From: Acidilobaceae archaeon | GTDB lineage: Archaea > Thermoproteota > Thermoprotei_A > Sulfolobales > Acidilobaceae | Direction of reading: 5' to 3' | DNA: 38,787 bases | NCBI GenBank assembly: GCA_038824665.1 | Contig: JAWBBK010000004.1 | Coordinates: 77,779 to 116,565, forward strand | In this document: positions 26,705 to 35,770 of the stretch, one piece after another | Position numbering within the stretch: position 1 is the first letter of the stretch | Layout: each line of letters opens with the position of its first letter | Position numbers and translations under genes: made by a program | Notes under the pieces: generated by a model | The model's database searches: none | What the model was told of the DNA's origin: nothing | The model's input: the letters and a program-made list of their open reading frames with translations, nothing else

Positions 26705-27150
26705 GGTGAGACTCGATCCAGACCCACTGTCGAAGACGGTTATCCTCTATGTCCCTAGGCTAGACCTAAAGAAAGAGGTGTCTGAAAGGAGAAGCTAGGA
26801 AGGTTAAATCTAAGATAAATCTTAAGATTAAAAATAAGGTTCGCTAGGTACAAGATTGCGCTCATGAGAGTCGACTACGAGACTCAACCAGCAAGGATAA
26901 CCCTGAAGCCAGGAGAGCGCCTAGAGGTTTCGTGAAGAGGTAAGCGGTTCAATAGAAGACCCAAGCGGACAGAACATTCAAGTGTCCGAATGTTGGCTAA
27001 ACAAAGCAGAAGCTCACAACTATAAACATTATTTACTTCAAGCGCACCAAGACGTAGGCTGTTCTGAACGAGTCGAAACTGATGACATAAACTCTTATGA
27101 AAAGGTGTCTCAAGACCGCGAAGCCAAGGGCTGATATTAAACTACATCAA
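26705..27150 (+). mobile_element. tnpB: Degraded, internally deleted TnpB (IS200/IS605/IS607-type) relic
   Basis: Broken + strand frames: LKGEARKVKSKI (from 26782), RFARYKIALMRVDYETQPARITLKPGERLEVS*RGKRF (26837-26950), KTQADRTFKCPNVG*TKQKLTTINI (26956-27030). The last piece resembles the TnpB Zn-ribbon and terminal RuvC strand. Boundaries are approximate. Confidence 0.65.
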
Positions 27151-28202
27151 TCAAAGTGAAATCCTAACCTCTCGAGATCCTTAGCTTTCGAGGGCAAGCT
27201 CACTCTATCCCTTAAATGTTTCTTTTTGTCCACTCCTTCCCTATCAGAAATAGTGAAGAAGTAACCGGGTTTTCTCATCCAGACGACTTCTAGAAGAGCC
27301 CTCTTTACCGCTTCCACTGCTTCTTTGTGAGTTTTCGCTGACCGAATGGCTTTCAAGACGTTTACTCTCTCGCCTGTCCACTTTATGCAAGGACTCACAA
27401 AGCCGTGTGGATCTACTCTGACTCTGTCACAACCTGCACAAAAGACAGGATTCGACGGCGAAGAGACGATCTCGACAGAAGCCCCATTGGGCAACCTGTA
27501 GACAGGTCTGTAGTGAAGTTCTCGGACTTCTTTGATCGCTCCTCTTTCTATAAGCTCTTTCTCCAAATCGCTTAGCTTATATGTAAACTTTTCTAGATGA
27601 GAGCCTCTCCCAACGGGTATCAGTTCTATCAATTGAATTGAAACTCCTAACTTACTCGACAAGTCGATCAAGTCCCAGACTTCAGTATCGTTAACGTTCT
27701 TCAAGACCAGCGTGTTTATCTTAACCTTCAGACCTGCATCCACTGCTGCTCTAAGCCCTTCTAGAGTCTCGTTGAGTCCGTCTACTCCAGTTATCTTTTT
27801 AAAGACCTCTCTTCTCAAACTATGAAGAGATACGTTGATGCGCTTCAACCCAGCTGAGGCTAAAGGCAAGGCTAGCTTAGAGAGATAGAATCCGTTAGTT
27901 GTCATCGAGATGTCTAGCGAAGCGTCTAGAGAAGCAATAGCTGAGACTATCTCAACTATATCGCTTCTGGTTAGAGGCTCGCCTCCGGTTATCTTAAAGC
28001 CTCTGACCCCTAGAAACAGCGCTGCCTCAGCTAAGACCTCATAGTCCGGCGGTCCCATTGTAGGAGGGTTTTCGCCTACTCTAAAGGGCCTACCTACAGA
28101 GCTCCCCTCCATGTGACAGAAGAAGCAGTTAAAGTTGCACTCGTTAGTGACTAGCAATCTCAAGTTCTTCAACGGTCTTCCGTAAGCGTCGAAGACTGTC
28201 AA
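27147..28202 (-). CDS. moaA: GTP 3',8-cyclase (molybdenum cofactor biosynthesis)
   Basis: DAYGRP..LR, CNFNCFFCHMEG, KITGGEP, MTTNG, RINVSL, FCAGCDRVR...PC. Confidence 0.93.
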   Translation of the reverse strand: MTVFDAYGRPLKNLRLLVTNECNFNCFFCHMEGSSVGRPFRVGENPPTMGPPDYEVLAEAALFLGVRGFKITGGEPLTRSDIVEIVSAIASLDASLDISMTTNGFYLSKLALPLASAGLKRINVSLHSLRREVFKKITGVDGLNETLEGLRAAVDAGLKVKINTLVLKNVNDTEVWDLIDLSSKLGVSIQLIELIPVGRGSHLEKFTYKLSDLEKELIERGAIKEVRELHYRPVYRLPNGASVEIVSSPSNPVFCAGCDRVRVDPHGFVSPCIKWTGERVNVLKAIRSAKTHKEAVEAVKRALLEVVWMRKPGYFFTISDREGVDKKKHLRDRVSLPSKAKDLERLGFHFD

Positions 28203-28324
28203 CTTAGCGACACCTCAGAAAGCGTCCTAATAGTTTTTAGAATCTGAAACTAAATAAGATAGAGTAAATAAAGAGAATGAGCGCGGACAGCAGAAATAAT
28301 AATTACTTAACAGTGCAGTAACGC

Positions 28325-29656
28325 TTAACTAGTCTCTTTGCAGAGATCGACATAAATCTCGCTACTCTTCAAGTTCTTGAGAGCACCTCTAACTCTAACC
28401 ACAGCCTGTCCTTCCGGTATGCCTACATAGCCGTCTCCTACGATCACAAAAAGATCGGAAAGCTGTGAGAGAAGGTGTATGATGGGGTCGTTTATATTCT
28501 GTAAGGCTACAAGTCTTATCATCGATAGGCCCAAGTTCTTAGCTAGATTTGCGTTCATTGCTAAAACTCGAAAGAACTCCTCTCGTTCTTCAACGGGAGT
28601 TAAGGAAAAGAGCACATCGAGACCGAATGTAACAACCACATCGGGTTCTAGCTCTATGAGGGCTTTTTGAAAGCTTACCGCTATTTCGTCAAAGCTTTCC
28701 GTTATGGGGTCTTTTGAGAGGACTACGACTTCGCCGCCTCCAGCTGCAGAACTAGTGGTCTCCTGACCAATGGGAACCAATGAGAAAAGAAGAACTCTAG
28801 CAGAGTTCTCGCTAGCGATCCTCTTGGACAAGTTCGTTGCACACTCCTTCGACATGTAAAGAGGTGATGTAATGATCGTTGCTATCTCTCCAGCTTTTAA
28901 GCCTTCTGAGAGTTCGTCAAGAACTCTTACTGAAAGCTTGAAACGCTTTTCTTTACGCGTTTTGCTTTTAGTAGGACAAGCGACCGCTATACCTGAGCCT
29001 TTCACAAACGAAAATGGGATTTCAGCGATACTTATAGGATGTCCTCTAAGTTTTCTTATTTCCATTCTGCGAGAGAGGGTTCCGCTCACCAGCGAGTGCT
29101 TGAGCACAAAGATAGCGTCTGAAACGAACTCTATGTCTCCTGTGTCCTCTATATACATAGTGTTGAGAGGGACCTCGACAGTGACTATCACAAGCCCCTC
29201 TATGTCTTTGGCTAGACCAGAGAAGAAGTTCTGTAGGAGAGCTCTCCTCTTAATGTCAGCTAGAATCTTCACTAGAGAGGAGATGCTGTCGACCACTACT
29301 ATGCTTGGATTGTGCTTGAGAACCAAAGTAGCTATGGACTCAACTATAGTGTCTACAGCTTCGTCACTGCTTGGCATAGGAACCTTGACGAACTTCAGCT
29401 CTTCAGTTTCTATGTACTTAGACACTCCTAAGCCTAGATTCTCAAAATGTTCGCGTAACTTGCTTTCGTCTTCTTGTGTCGATACAAAGAGACAGCGATG
29501 TCCTCTGAGAATATTGGCTAAACATATGATCAACGCTAAAGTGGTCTTTCCAGCTCCAGGATGTCCAGCTATCGTGATCAACATGCCGGGTCTTAGAGCT
29601 CCCTTGTAGAACTCATCTAAGTGCTCAATTCCGAAAACGAAGCTCTTCTCCTTCAC
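28325..29656 (-). CDS. KaiC/RecA-superfamily ATPase with intact N-terminal and degenerate C-terminal domain
   Basis: FGIEHLD, Walker A GHPGAGKT, Walker B VVVDS, EFVSD, IRKLRG; the second half lacks Walker A. The ORF extends to 29737 but GTG 29656 follows GGAGTGAGG. Confidence 0.85.
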   Translation of the reverse strand: MKEKSFVFGIEHLDEFYKGALRPGMLITIAGHPGAGKTTLALIICLANILRGHRCLFVSTQEDESKLREHFENLGLGVSKYIETEELKFVKVPMPSSDEAVDTIVESIATLVLKHNPSIVVVDSISSLVKILADIKRRALLQNFFSGLAKDIEGLVIVTVEVPLNTMYIEDTGDIEFVSDAIFVLKHSLVSGTLSRRMEIRKLRGHPISIAEIPFSFVKGSGIAVACPTKSKTRKEKRFKLSVRVLDELSEGLKAGEIATIITSPLYMSKECATNLSKRIASENSARVLLFSLVPIGQETTSSAAGGGEVVVLSKDPITESFDEIAVSFQKALIELEPDVVVTFGLDVLFSLTPVEEREEFFRVLAMNANLAKNLGLSMIRLVALQNINDPIIHLLSQLSDLFVIVGDGYVGIPEGQAVVRVRGALKNLKSSEIYVDLCKETS

Positions 29657-29792
29657 AAAGCCCTCACTCCGCAAAAGCTTCAATATTGTTGCTTTATTCG
29701 AGAAAGCCTTTAAAACTTCACTTTCGTTATAGATCATGGTCAGCCATAAATTTCACGATCCGTCGCTTATAGGTTTAGCTTAGAAGTTCTAT

Positions 29793-30884
29793 TTGGGAGA
29801 GGCTTTGGAGAAAAAACACGTTAGTGTGGCCAAGCTCTGGAAGCCTTTGGTAGATAAAAAAGGATGGGTTGTGTGTGATCTCTGTCACAGAAGATGCATT
29901 ATAGCGCCAAACAACTATGGAGTCTGCGGGGTGAGAAGAAACCTTGAAGGCGTTCTGTATACACTTGTCTACGGACTTCTCACAGCAGTCAACTTAGACC
30001 CTATAGAAAAGAAGCCTTTGCTTCACTTCCACCCAGCTAGCGCTGTCCTCAGTATAGGCACTGTAGGTTGTAACTTCTTTTGCAAGTTTTGTCAGAATTG
30101 GGAGATAAGTCAAAGCAGGCTTGAGAAAGGGCTTTTTGGCTCTATCTTCAGTCCTGAGGACATAGTGGAGCTTGCAGTAAAACATGGAGCTGACGGACTG
30201 TCTTACACATACAACGAGCCGACAGTTTTCTTTGAGTTCCTCGAGGACACAGCAAAGCTAGCAAGAAAGAAAGGACTTTTCAATACGATCGTGACCAACG
30301 GTTACATGACGCCTGAAGCCGTAGACGAATTGAACGGACTTATAGATGCCGCTACGGTAGACTTTAAAGGTGGAGGTAACCCTGAGTTCTACCTAAACTT
30401 CATGAGAGTCCGAGACCCTAAAGTCATATTTGAAACCCTAAGAGCTATGAAAGAAAAGAAGTGGTGGATCGAGATCACCAATCTAGTGGTGCCTAAGTAT
30501 GGAGACAAAGAAGAAGATTTGAGAATTTTAGCTAGATGGATAGCTGAAAACTTAGGAGACGAAACTCCTTTCCATCTGCTTAGGTTTTACCCACAATACC
30601 GTCTCACAGATCTGCCGCCTACACCTAAACATACTTTAGAAAAGCTCGCTGAGATAGCCAAAAACGAGTCTCTAAAACATGTTTACTTAGGTAACGTGCC
30701 AGGCCACCCTCTAGAAAACACCTACTGTCCCTCTTGTGGACTTAAAGTGATAAGCAGATATGGCTTCTTCGTAACCGAGTACAAGCTAAAGCCAGGCAAC
30801 ATCTGTCCAAACTGTGGCAAGAAGTTAAACATTGTAGGAGACTATAAAGGGAGATCTCTAGGGTTTCCTATTCCTCTTCTCTAG
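29793..30884 (+). CDS. amrS: AmmeMemoRadiSam system radical SAM enzyme
   Basis: CDLCHRRC...GVCGVR, DPIEKKPLLHF, GCNFFCKFCQNWEISQ, YTYNEP, C-terminal CxxC pairs. Confidence 0.93.
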   Translation: MGEALEKKHVSVAKLWKPLVDKKGWVVCDLCHRRCIIAPNNYGVCGVRRNLEGVLYTLVYGLLTAVNLDPIEKKPLLHFHPASAVLSIGTVGCNFFCKFCQNWEISQSRLEKGLFGSIFSPEDIVELAVKHGADGLSYTYNEPTVFFEFLEDTAKLARKKGLFNTIVTNGYMTPEAVDELNGLIDAATVDFKGGGNPEFYLNFMRVRDPKVIFETLRAMKEKKWWIEITNLVVPKYGDKEEDLRILARWIAENLGDETPFHLLRFYPQYRLTDLPPTPKHTLEKLAEIAKNESLKHVYLGNVPGHPLENTYCPSCGLKVISRYGFFVTEYKLKPGNICPNCGKKLNIVGDYKGRSLGFPIPLL

Positions 30885-32083
30885 CTTTGAGCTAGAGCGT
30901 TCTCTATGTCTGCTTCCGAGACTCCCCATTTGGTTTTGACCTTCTCTACATCTATATAGCAGAGGGGATCGTCTTCCCACATGTCTCCGCCATACGCTAA
31001 AGCCCTTCCTCTGCTCCCTCCTCCACAGACTAGCTTAAAGACACACTTAGAGCACTTAGCTCCTCTCAAATTCTCATGAATCTTTAGGAAAGGTTTCAGA
31101 GAAGAGTTTTCGGGGTTCAGCACTTCTCTAAGGCTTTGTTTCCTCAAGTCTCCTACATCAACCCAATCTAGGAACTGACATGGTTTGACCTTCCCGTCAG
31201 GATAGATGCTTATAGTCTTCCTCCCACAATCTCCTTGAGCTCCTATAGCTGAAAGGTGAGCTAAGAACTCCTCTTTAGTCCTAGACAGGAGGTCGGCTAC
31301 ATGAATCCCTACGAAGTTAGCTCTAACCACGAGAACCTCGGGGTCTCCTCCAGTTTCTCTAGACACGTCTATCAGGTTCTCAACAAAGACCTTAAGCTGT
31401 TCAGGGGTTGGCATAAGCTCTAGCTCTTTAAGAGCTCTTCCTGTAGCGTCTAACACGTAGTAGGCTATTCTTTTGACTTCTAGCTTTCGGGAAAGCCATA
31501 CTAGTTCTGTAGCCTCTTCAACATTATCTTTGGTTATAGTCATTCTGAAGCCTGTATTCAATCCCGCTTTAATCGAAGCTGAGACTCCAGCTAAAGCTCT
31601 CTCAAAAGCTCCTCTTGCTCCTCTAAACACGTCGTGCTTCTCTTTATCTACACTATCTAGAGAGATTCCTACATAACTGAACTCGAGTTTAGCTAGCTTC
31701 TCAGCTACGTTTTCTGTGATCAGAGTACCATTAGTACTTAGAGCTAGCCTAACCCCATAATCTCTCAAGACCTCAGCTATGTTCCAAAAGTCTTCTCTAA
31801 GTAGAGGCTCGCCACCGCTTAGAACAACCATAGGAAGTCCTAGTTCGCCTATCTCGCGAGCCACATTTAATGCCTCTTCTAAAGACAACTCGTTGGGATG
31901 TTTTTGAGAGAAAGCAGAGATGTAGCAGTGAACACAACTCAAATTGCATCTATACGTAAGGTTCCAGAAGACGATTGGTCTGTAGTAGCTTGTGAACTTA
32001 GAAGGTAATCCTCTACCGTATTTGCCTTTAATCGAAAAAGACACTGTACCTCTTCCTGTCGCCATTACGCTTAGCGGTATCAT
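30881..32083 (-). CDS. ahbC: Radical SAM/SPASM protein, AhbC-like (Fe-coproporphyrin III synthase)
   Basis: RPIVFWNLTYRCNLSCVHCY, LSGGEP, STNG, YVGISLD, SPASM Cys motif; ATGA overlap with the upstream gene; heme cluster context. Confidence 0.82.
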   Translation of the reverse strand: MIPLSVMATGRGTVSFSIKGKYGRGLPSKFTSYYRPIVFWNLTYRCNLSCVHCYISAFSQKHPNELSLEEALNVAREIGELGLPMVVLSGGEPLLREDFWNIAEVLRDYGVRLALSTNGTLITENVAEKLAKLEFSYVGISLDSVDKEKHDVFRGARGAFERALAGVSASIKAGLNTGFRMTITKDNVEEATELVWLSRKLEVKRIAYYVLDATGRALKELELMPTPEQLKVFVENLIDVSRETGGDPEVLVVRANFVGIHVADLLSRTKEEFLAHLSAIGAQGDCGRKTISIYPDGKVKPCQFLDWVDVGDLRKQSLREVLNPENSSLKPFLKIHENLRGAKCSKCVFKLVCGGGSRGRALAYGGDMWEDDPLCYIDVEKVKTKWGVSEADIENALAQS

Positions 32084-33261
32084 AGCTGTGGCACCTCTAC
32101 GTTTAGTCCGAGCTCCATATAGCTTCCAGGAATGTAAGGACATGCAGGATCTTCGCCTAACGGGTTACCGGTAGCGCTGTAAGCCCTAGCTCTACTACCT
32201 CCACATATCTGCCTAAACTCACACCTTCCGCATCTGCCCTGAAACTCTGCTCTTCTAAGCTTCTTGAAGAACTCAGACTCTAGGTAGACACGTTTTAGTC
32301 CTTCTCTCCTCACATTACCTCCAGCTACTGGAAGAAACCCGCTAGGACATACGTCTCCATTATTTGCTATAAAGACTACCCCTTTTCCATCTCTAGTCCC
32401 TGTAGTTTCCGCTTTGCTCTCAGCTCTCGTAGGTCCCGCTATCGACTTGAGCTCTGACAACAGACCTTTGTATAAACCTCCCAACTTAAAGAGCTTCACG
32501 TGGTCTAAGCCCTCTCTCTCCGCTACATGTCTCGCGAGAGCGATACGTCGGAACATAGGTCCCTCTACTGTTCTGAGAGTTAGACCGTAGAACGAAGCGT
32601 CGTAGAGAAAATGAGAGACTTCCTCCCACTCCCACGGCTCTAAATCTAAATAGGAAGCTCCTCTACCCACTTTTACGAAGTAGAAGAGTTCCCAAGCTTG
32701 AACTTCTAGCTTCTCTAAGAGCGAGACTATTTTAGGGAGTTCGAACAAAGTTGGCCTCATTATTGTGGTATTTACTTGAACTTTAACCCCGTAGTCTTTG
32801 AATAACTTGATAGCTTCGAGAGTCTTAGCCCAGGTTCCGGGAACCCCTCTTACTCCATCATGTACTTCAGATGATGCTCCATCGAGACTTATCGAAACCG
32901 CTGAGACTCCGGCTTCTGCTGTCTTCTTAATTGATGTCTCCGTTAAAAGAGGCGTTACGCTAGGAGCAAGAGCTACTCTTACACCCTTCTCTCTAGCGTA
33001 CACTACTAGATCCCAGAGGTCTGCTCTCATAAGAGGATCTCCACCTGTAAAGACCAAAATGGGATAAGGAGACCCAAAGGAAGCAACCTCGTCTACGAGC
33101 CTCAAGCCCTCTTCAGTGGTGAGTTCTCCGGGAAGAGGCTTCTCTATAGCCTCCGCTCGACAATGTTTACAAGCGAGAAGACAAGCCTTTGTGGTTTCCC
33201 AGAACACTAGCAGAGGCTTCTCATCGAAAGGCCAGCGGGTATAGCGTACCAACCTCCTCAC
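32080..33261 (-). CDS. ahbD: Radical SAM/SPASM protein, AhbD-like (heme b synthase)
   Basis: PLLVFWETTKACLLACKHCRAEA, TGGDP, VGRG, CGRCEFRQICGGSRARA...DPAC. Confidence 0.82.
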   Translation of the reverse strand: MRRLVRYTRWPFDEKPLLVFWETTKACLLACKHCRAEAIEKPLPGELTTEEGLRLVDEVASFGSPYPILVFTGGDPLMRADLWDLVVYAREKGVRVALAPSVTPLLTETSIKKTAEAGVSAVSISLDGASSEVHDGVRGVPGTWAKTLEAIKLFKDYGVKVQVNTTIMRPTLFELPKIVSLLEKLEVQAWELFYFVKVGRGASYLDLEPWEWEEVSHFLYDASFYGLTLRTVEGPMFRRIALARHVAEREGLDHVKLFKLGGLYKGLLSELKSIAGPTRAESKAETTGTRDGKGVVFIANNGDVCPSGFLPVAGGNVRREGLKRVYLESEFFKKLRRAEFQGRCGRCEFRQICGGSRARAYSATGNPLGEDPACPYIPGSYMELGLNVEVPQL

Positions 33262-33281
33262 ACGCCAAAACTCTGTTTTAT

Positions 33282-33323
33282 CCTAAACATTTTTAATTCT
33301 AGCCTAAACATTTTTAATTCTAG
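33282..33323 (+). repeat. 21-bp perfect tandem duplication in the divergent ahbD / ahbAB promoter region
   Basis: CCTAAACATTTTTAATTCTAG at 33282-33302 and 33303-33323. Confidence 0.92.
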
Positions 33324-33377
33324 CTTTAGTTGTACTGTAATATTAGCTCTAGACAAGCAGAAAATTTGGGAGCAGTT

Positions 33378-34343
33378 TTGAGGCTAAACCCTTTTGCTGA
33401 AAAGCTTCTCATGAAGCTTCAATATGAGTTTCCGTTGAGTCTCACTCCTTACCTAGACGTAGCTGAAGAGCTGAACGCCTCTGAGAAGATGGTTCTGACC
33501 GAGTTGAAGAGACTTGTCGAAGCGGGAATCGTCAAGAGAGTAGGCTTCTATTATAACTACAGGTCTAAGCGTCAAAGCGCTGCGTTAATAGGAGTCTCTT
33601 GTAAAGAGAGCTATCGGAGCGTCGGCGAGATAACGAAAAAAGACCCTCTTACTACTCACAGCTATCTTCGAGACCATCCTGAAGTCAACCTGTGGGTTGT
33701 AGCTAGAAGAGGGTCTAGAGAAGAGCTAATAAGCTACGCGGAAGAACTTGCCAAAGCGTGCAACTCTTCGAAGTACACTGTGTTGTTTAGTAAAAAGACC
33801 TTCAAGCTAAGCGTTAAGTTCGACCTAATAGAGGGAGTTTCAAGAAGTGGGCCCTATTCAAGTGTAGCTGAAAGTCCCCCCAAGCCTGAAGACCTTGGGA
33901 TAGACCCCAGGTTGCCAGAGATGGTGCGCTCTTTGCCCCTTGAGAACAGACCCTATAAAACCATAGCTGAAAGGCTAAACATGAGAGAGGACGAGGTCCT
34001 AGAATCTCTCTTAAAGTTATTGAAGAATGGGATTCTAGGAGACCCAGGAGTTGCTCTTGATGGGAAAAAGCTAGGGTTTTCTGAAAACGCTATGATAGTA
34101 GTTAGAGTAGATGGCTCTGAAGAGAAGATGTTGTGTCTAGCCTCTATACCTTACACTACTCACGTAGTTCTGAGAGAAGTGTACCCACCCGGTAGCTGGG
34201 ACTTCGACGGCTACGCTATGGTCCACGCTACGAGCAGAGACAAAATAAACAAGGTAATCAATGAGACCTCTTCTCTCTGCTCTCTAGCCCAGAAAGAGGT
34301 CTTGTTCAGCATAGAGGACCTGAAGCCTGAAGTGGTGAGATAA
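33378..34343 (+). CDS. ahbAB: Siroheme decarboxylase, fused AhbA-AhbB (Lrp/AsnC-like fold)
   Basis: Two modules: LQYEFPL..TPY...HSYLR...NLW, and LPLENRPY...THVVLR...YAMVHA. The ORF could start at 33330; TTG 33378 follows GGGAG. Confidence 0.85.
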   Translation: MRLNPFAEKLLMKLQYEFPLSLTPYLDVAEELNASEKMVLTELKRLVEAGIVKRVGFYYNYRSKRQSAALIGVSCKESYRSVGEITKKDPLTTHSYLRDHPEVNLWVVARRGSREELISYAEELAKACNSSKYTVLFSKKTFKLSVKFDLIEGVSRSGPYSSVAESPPKPEDLGIDPRLPEMVRSLPLENRPYKTIAERLNMREDEVLESLLKLLKNGILGDPGVALDGKKLGFSENAMIVVRVDGSEEKMLCLASIPYTTHVVLREVYPPGSWDFDGYAMVHATSRDKINKVINETSSLCSLAQKEVLFSIEDLKPEVVR

Positions 34344-35050
34344 TGACCTTCATCCCGCTTTACATAAACCTATCGGGCCTTCGAGTCCTAGTTGTAGGAG
34401 GAGGTTACATAGGAACTAGGAGAGCTGTTTTCTTTAAAGAAGCTGGAGCCAGAGTCACCGTGGCAGCCAAAGAGTTTAGAGAAGAGCTAAGAAGAGGAGA
34501 GTTCAGCTTAATAGAACTGAGCCTTCCAGAAGACATGGCTAAACTCGAAGAACTTGTGAAAACCCACGATTTGGTAGTGGTAGCGGTAAGCGATGAAGAG
34601 TTGGCACGAAAGGTCTCTGAAATGGCTATGAAAATGGGAAAGCTTGTCAACAATACTGTTGACTACAAACAGGGAAACGTGATAGTCCCGTTTAGAGCCG
34701 TAGTTAAAGGTATAGGAATAGCCGTCACTTCTTTCGGAGCTTCGGGAATGGCCGCTAGAGTAGCTTTGGAGAAAGCTGTAAAGGTCTTGTCTGAAGACCT
34801 GGAGGTTAGAACTATTCTTGAGTCTTTTGGGAGATTCAAAGAACAGTTGAGAAAAGCCGTGAGGGATCCCAAGCTGAGGATGAAAATATATCTGGCAATA
34901 GAAGAAGACGCTACCTACTGTGAGTACGTAAAGAGAGGAGATGTGATCAAAGCCTACGAGAGAGCCCTAGAGGTTGCCAGAAGCTTCAATGTAAACCTTG
35001 AGCCTGCTCACGATCGCTTCCTCCAAGAGGGGGAGCAAATGAGAGACTAA
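34343..35050 (+). CDS. sirC: Precorrin-2 dehydrogenase / sirohydrochlorin ferrochelatase (SirC/Met8-like)
   Basis: PLYINLSGLRVLVVGGG..G.RR, LVNNTVD, IAVTSFG; TAATG coupling to ahbAB. Confidence 0.9.
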   Translation: MTFIPLYINLSGLRVLVVGGGYIGTRRAVFFKEAGARVTVAAKEFREELRRGEFSLIELSLPEDMAKLEELVKTHDLVVVAVSDEELARKVSEMAMKMGKLVNNTVDYKQGNVIVPFRAVVKGIGIAVTSFGASGMAARVALEKAVKVLSEDLEVRTILESFGRFKEQLRKAVRDPKLRMKIYLAIEEDATYCEYVKRGDVIKAYERALEVARSFNVNLEPAHDRFLQEGEQMRD

Positions 35051-35545
35051 AAGCTTGTCCCCACACTCTTCCGAGGCTCTGAGAGACGTAATGCCCGGTA
35101 GAAGGCTCAGAACGGCTACACAGTCCTCTGAGCCAGAACATTTTTTGAAAAGATTTACGGGAACTCCTAACTTTTCTTGAAGTAGCCTAGCTACTTCCCG
35201 AAGAGTCTCAGATCTCTCTGCCTCTGGATGAACGAGCGATACTGAGCGACAGCCAGAGAGCTTTTCTGATAGAGGACCAACAGCATCTTTGAGAGAAGGA
35301 GGCTCGACGATCTTAGCTCCTCTAGAGCTGGCTTTAGTCACAACCTCTAAGTATCCGCTACCTCTAAGCAAAAATAGAGGGTATACTATGTCTCGATCTG
35401 AAATGAGACATGAAGACTCTCTGACCTCTTCTTGTGTACAGAGTTCTACCTCGACTCCCAGTTTAGAGTTCAGCATAGCCTTCAACCTCTCCGCTTCTGA
35501 AGCTGCGCTAGCGGTATATCCATGAACGACTACAACGACTCTCAA
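34967..35545 (-). CDS. Degenerate CbiX/SirB-like class II chelatase-fold protein
   Basis: N-terminal VVVVVHGY, YPLFLLRG and a second-half VLSLLPG echo the duplicated CbiX motifs; located inside the siroheme/heme cluster. The ORF extends to 35611. Confidence 0.55.
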   Translation of the reverse strand: MRVVVVVHGYTASAASEAERLKAMLNSKLGVEVELCTQEEVRESSCLISDRDIVYPLFLLRGSGYLEVVTKASSRGAKIVEPPSLKDAVGPLSEKLSGCRSVSLVHPEAERSETLREVARLLQEKLGVPVNLFKKCSGSEDCVAVLSLLPGITSLRASEECGDKLLVSHLLPLLEEAIVSRLKVYIEASGNL

Positions 35546-35770
35546 CGACAGTATCTCCACAAGCTTCTTCGCGCTCTGTAGATATATTTCGCTATTCACC
35601 TTTTGCTTCAACTGAAATGCTCGTCACTAAGTCTTTTTTCCTCTTTCCACAACACTGTCTGTCTCACGATGACCTAAAGGATTCAGCATAAAATAATTCT
35701 GAGTATTCTAATTATTTAAAAATAAAGATTTAACCCCGCTTTGTCGGTTACTCCTAGTGGGTAAGATTTT

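Noticed and set aside
27072-27086. Hammerhead ribozyme core (GAAA next to CUGAUGA)
   Set aside because: The two motifs are directly adjacent, leaving no room for the required stems and cleavage triplet.
27147-27260. MoaA lacks the C-terminal Gly-Gly motif, suggesting damage by the adjacent relic
   Set aside because: Archaeal MoaA homologs generally lack that motif as far as I recall, and both Fe-S motifs are intact.
33282-33323. Mini CRISPR array
   Set aside because: Only two abutting copies, no spacer and no cas genes; no repeat-spacer array was seen anywhere in the window.
33378-34343. Lrp/AsnC transcriptional regulator
   Set aside because: The two-module structure, His-x-x-x-Arg motifs and position among ahb and siroheme genes fit siroheme decarboxylase better.
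35612-35770. Second C/D sRNA in the cbiX-hemA gap (GATGAC...CTGA)
   Set aside because: Poor C box, no internal D'/C' pair and wrong spacing; the region looks like AT-rich divergent promoters.
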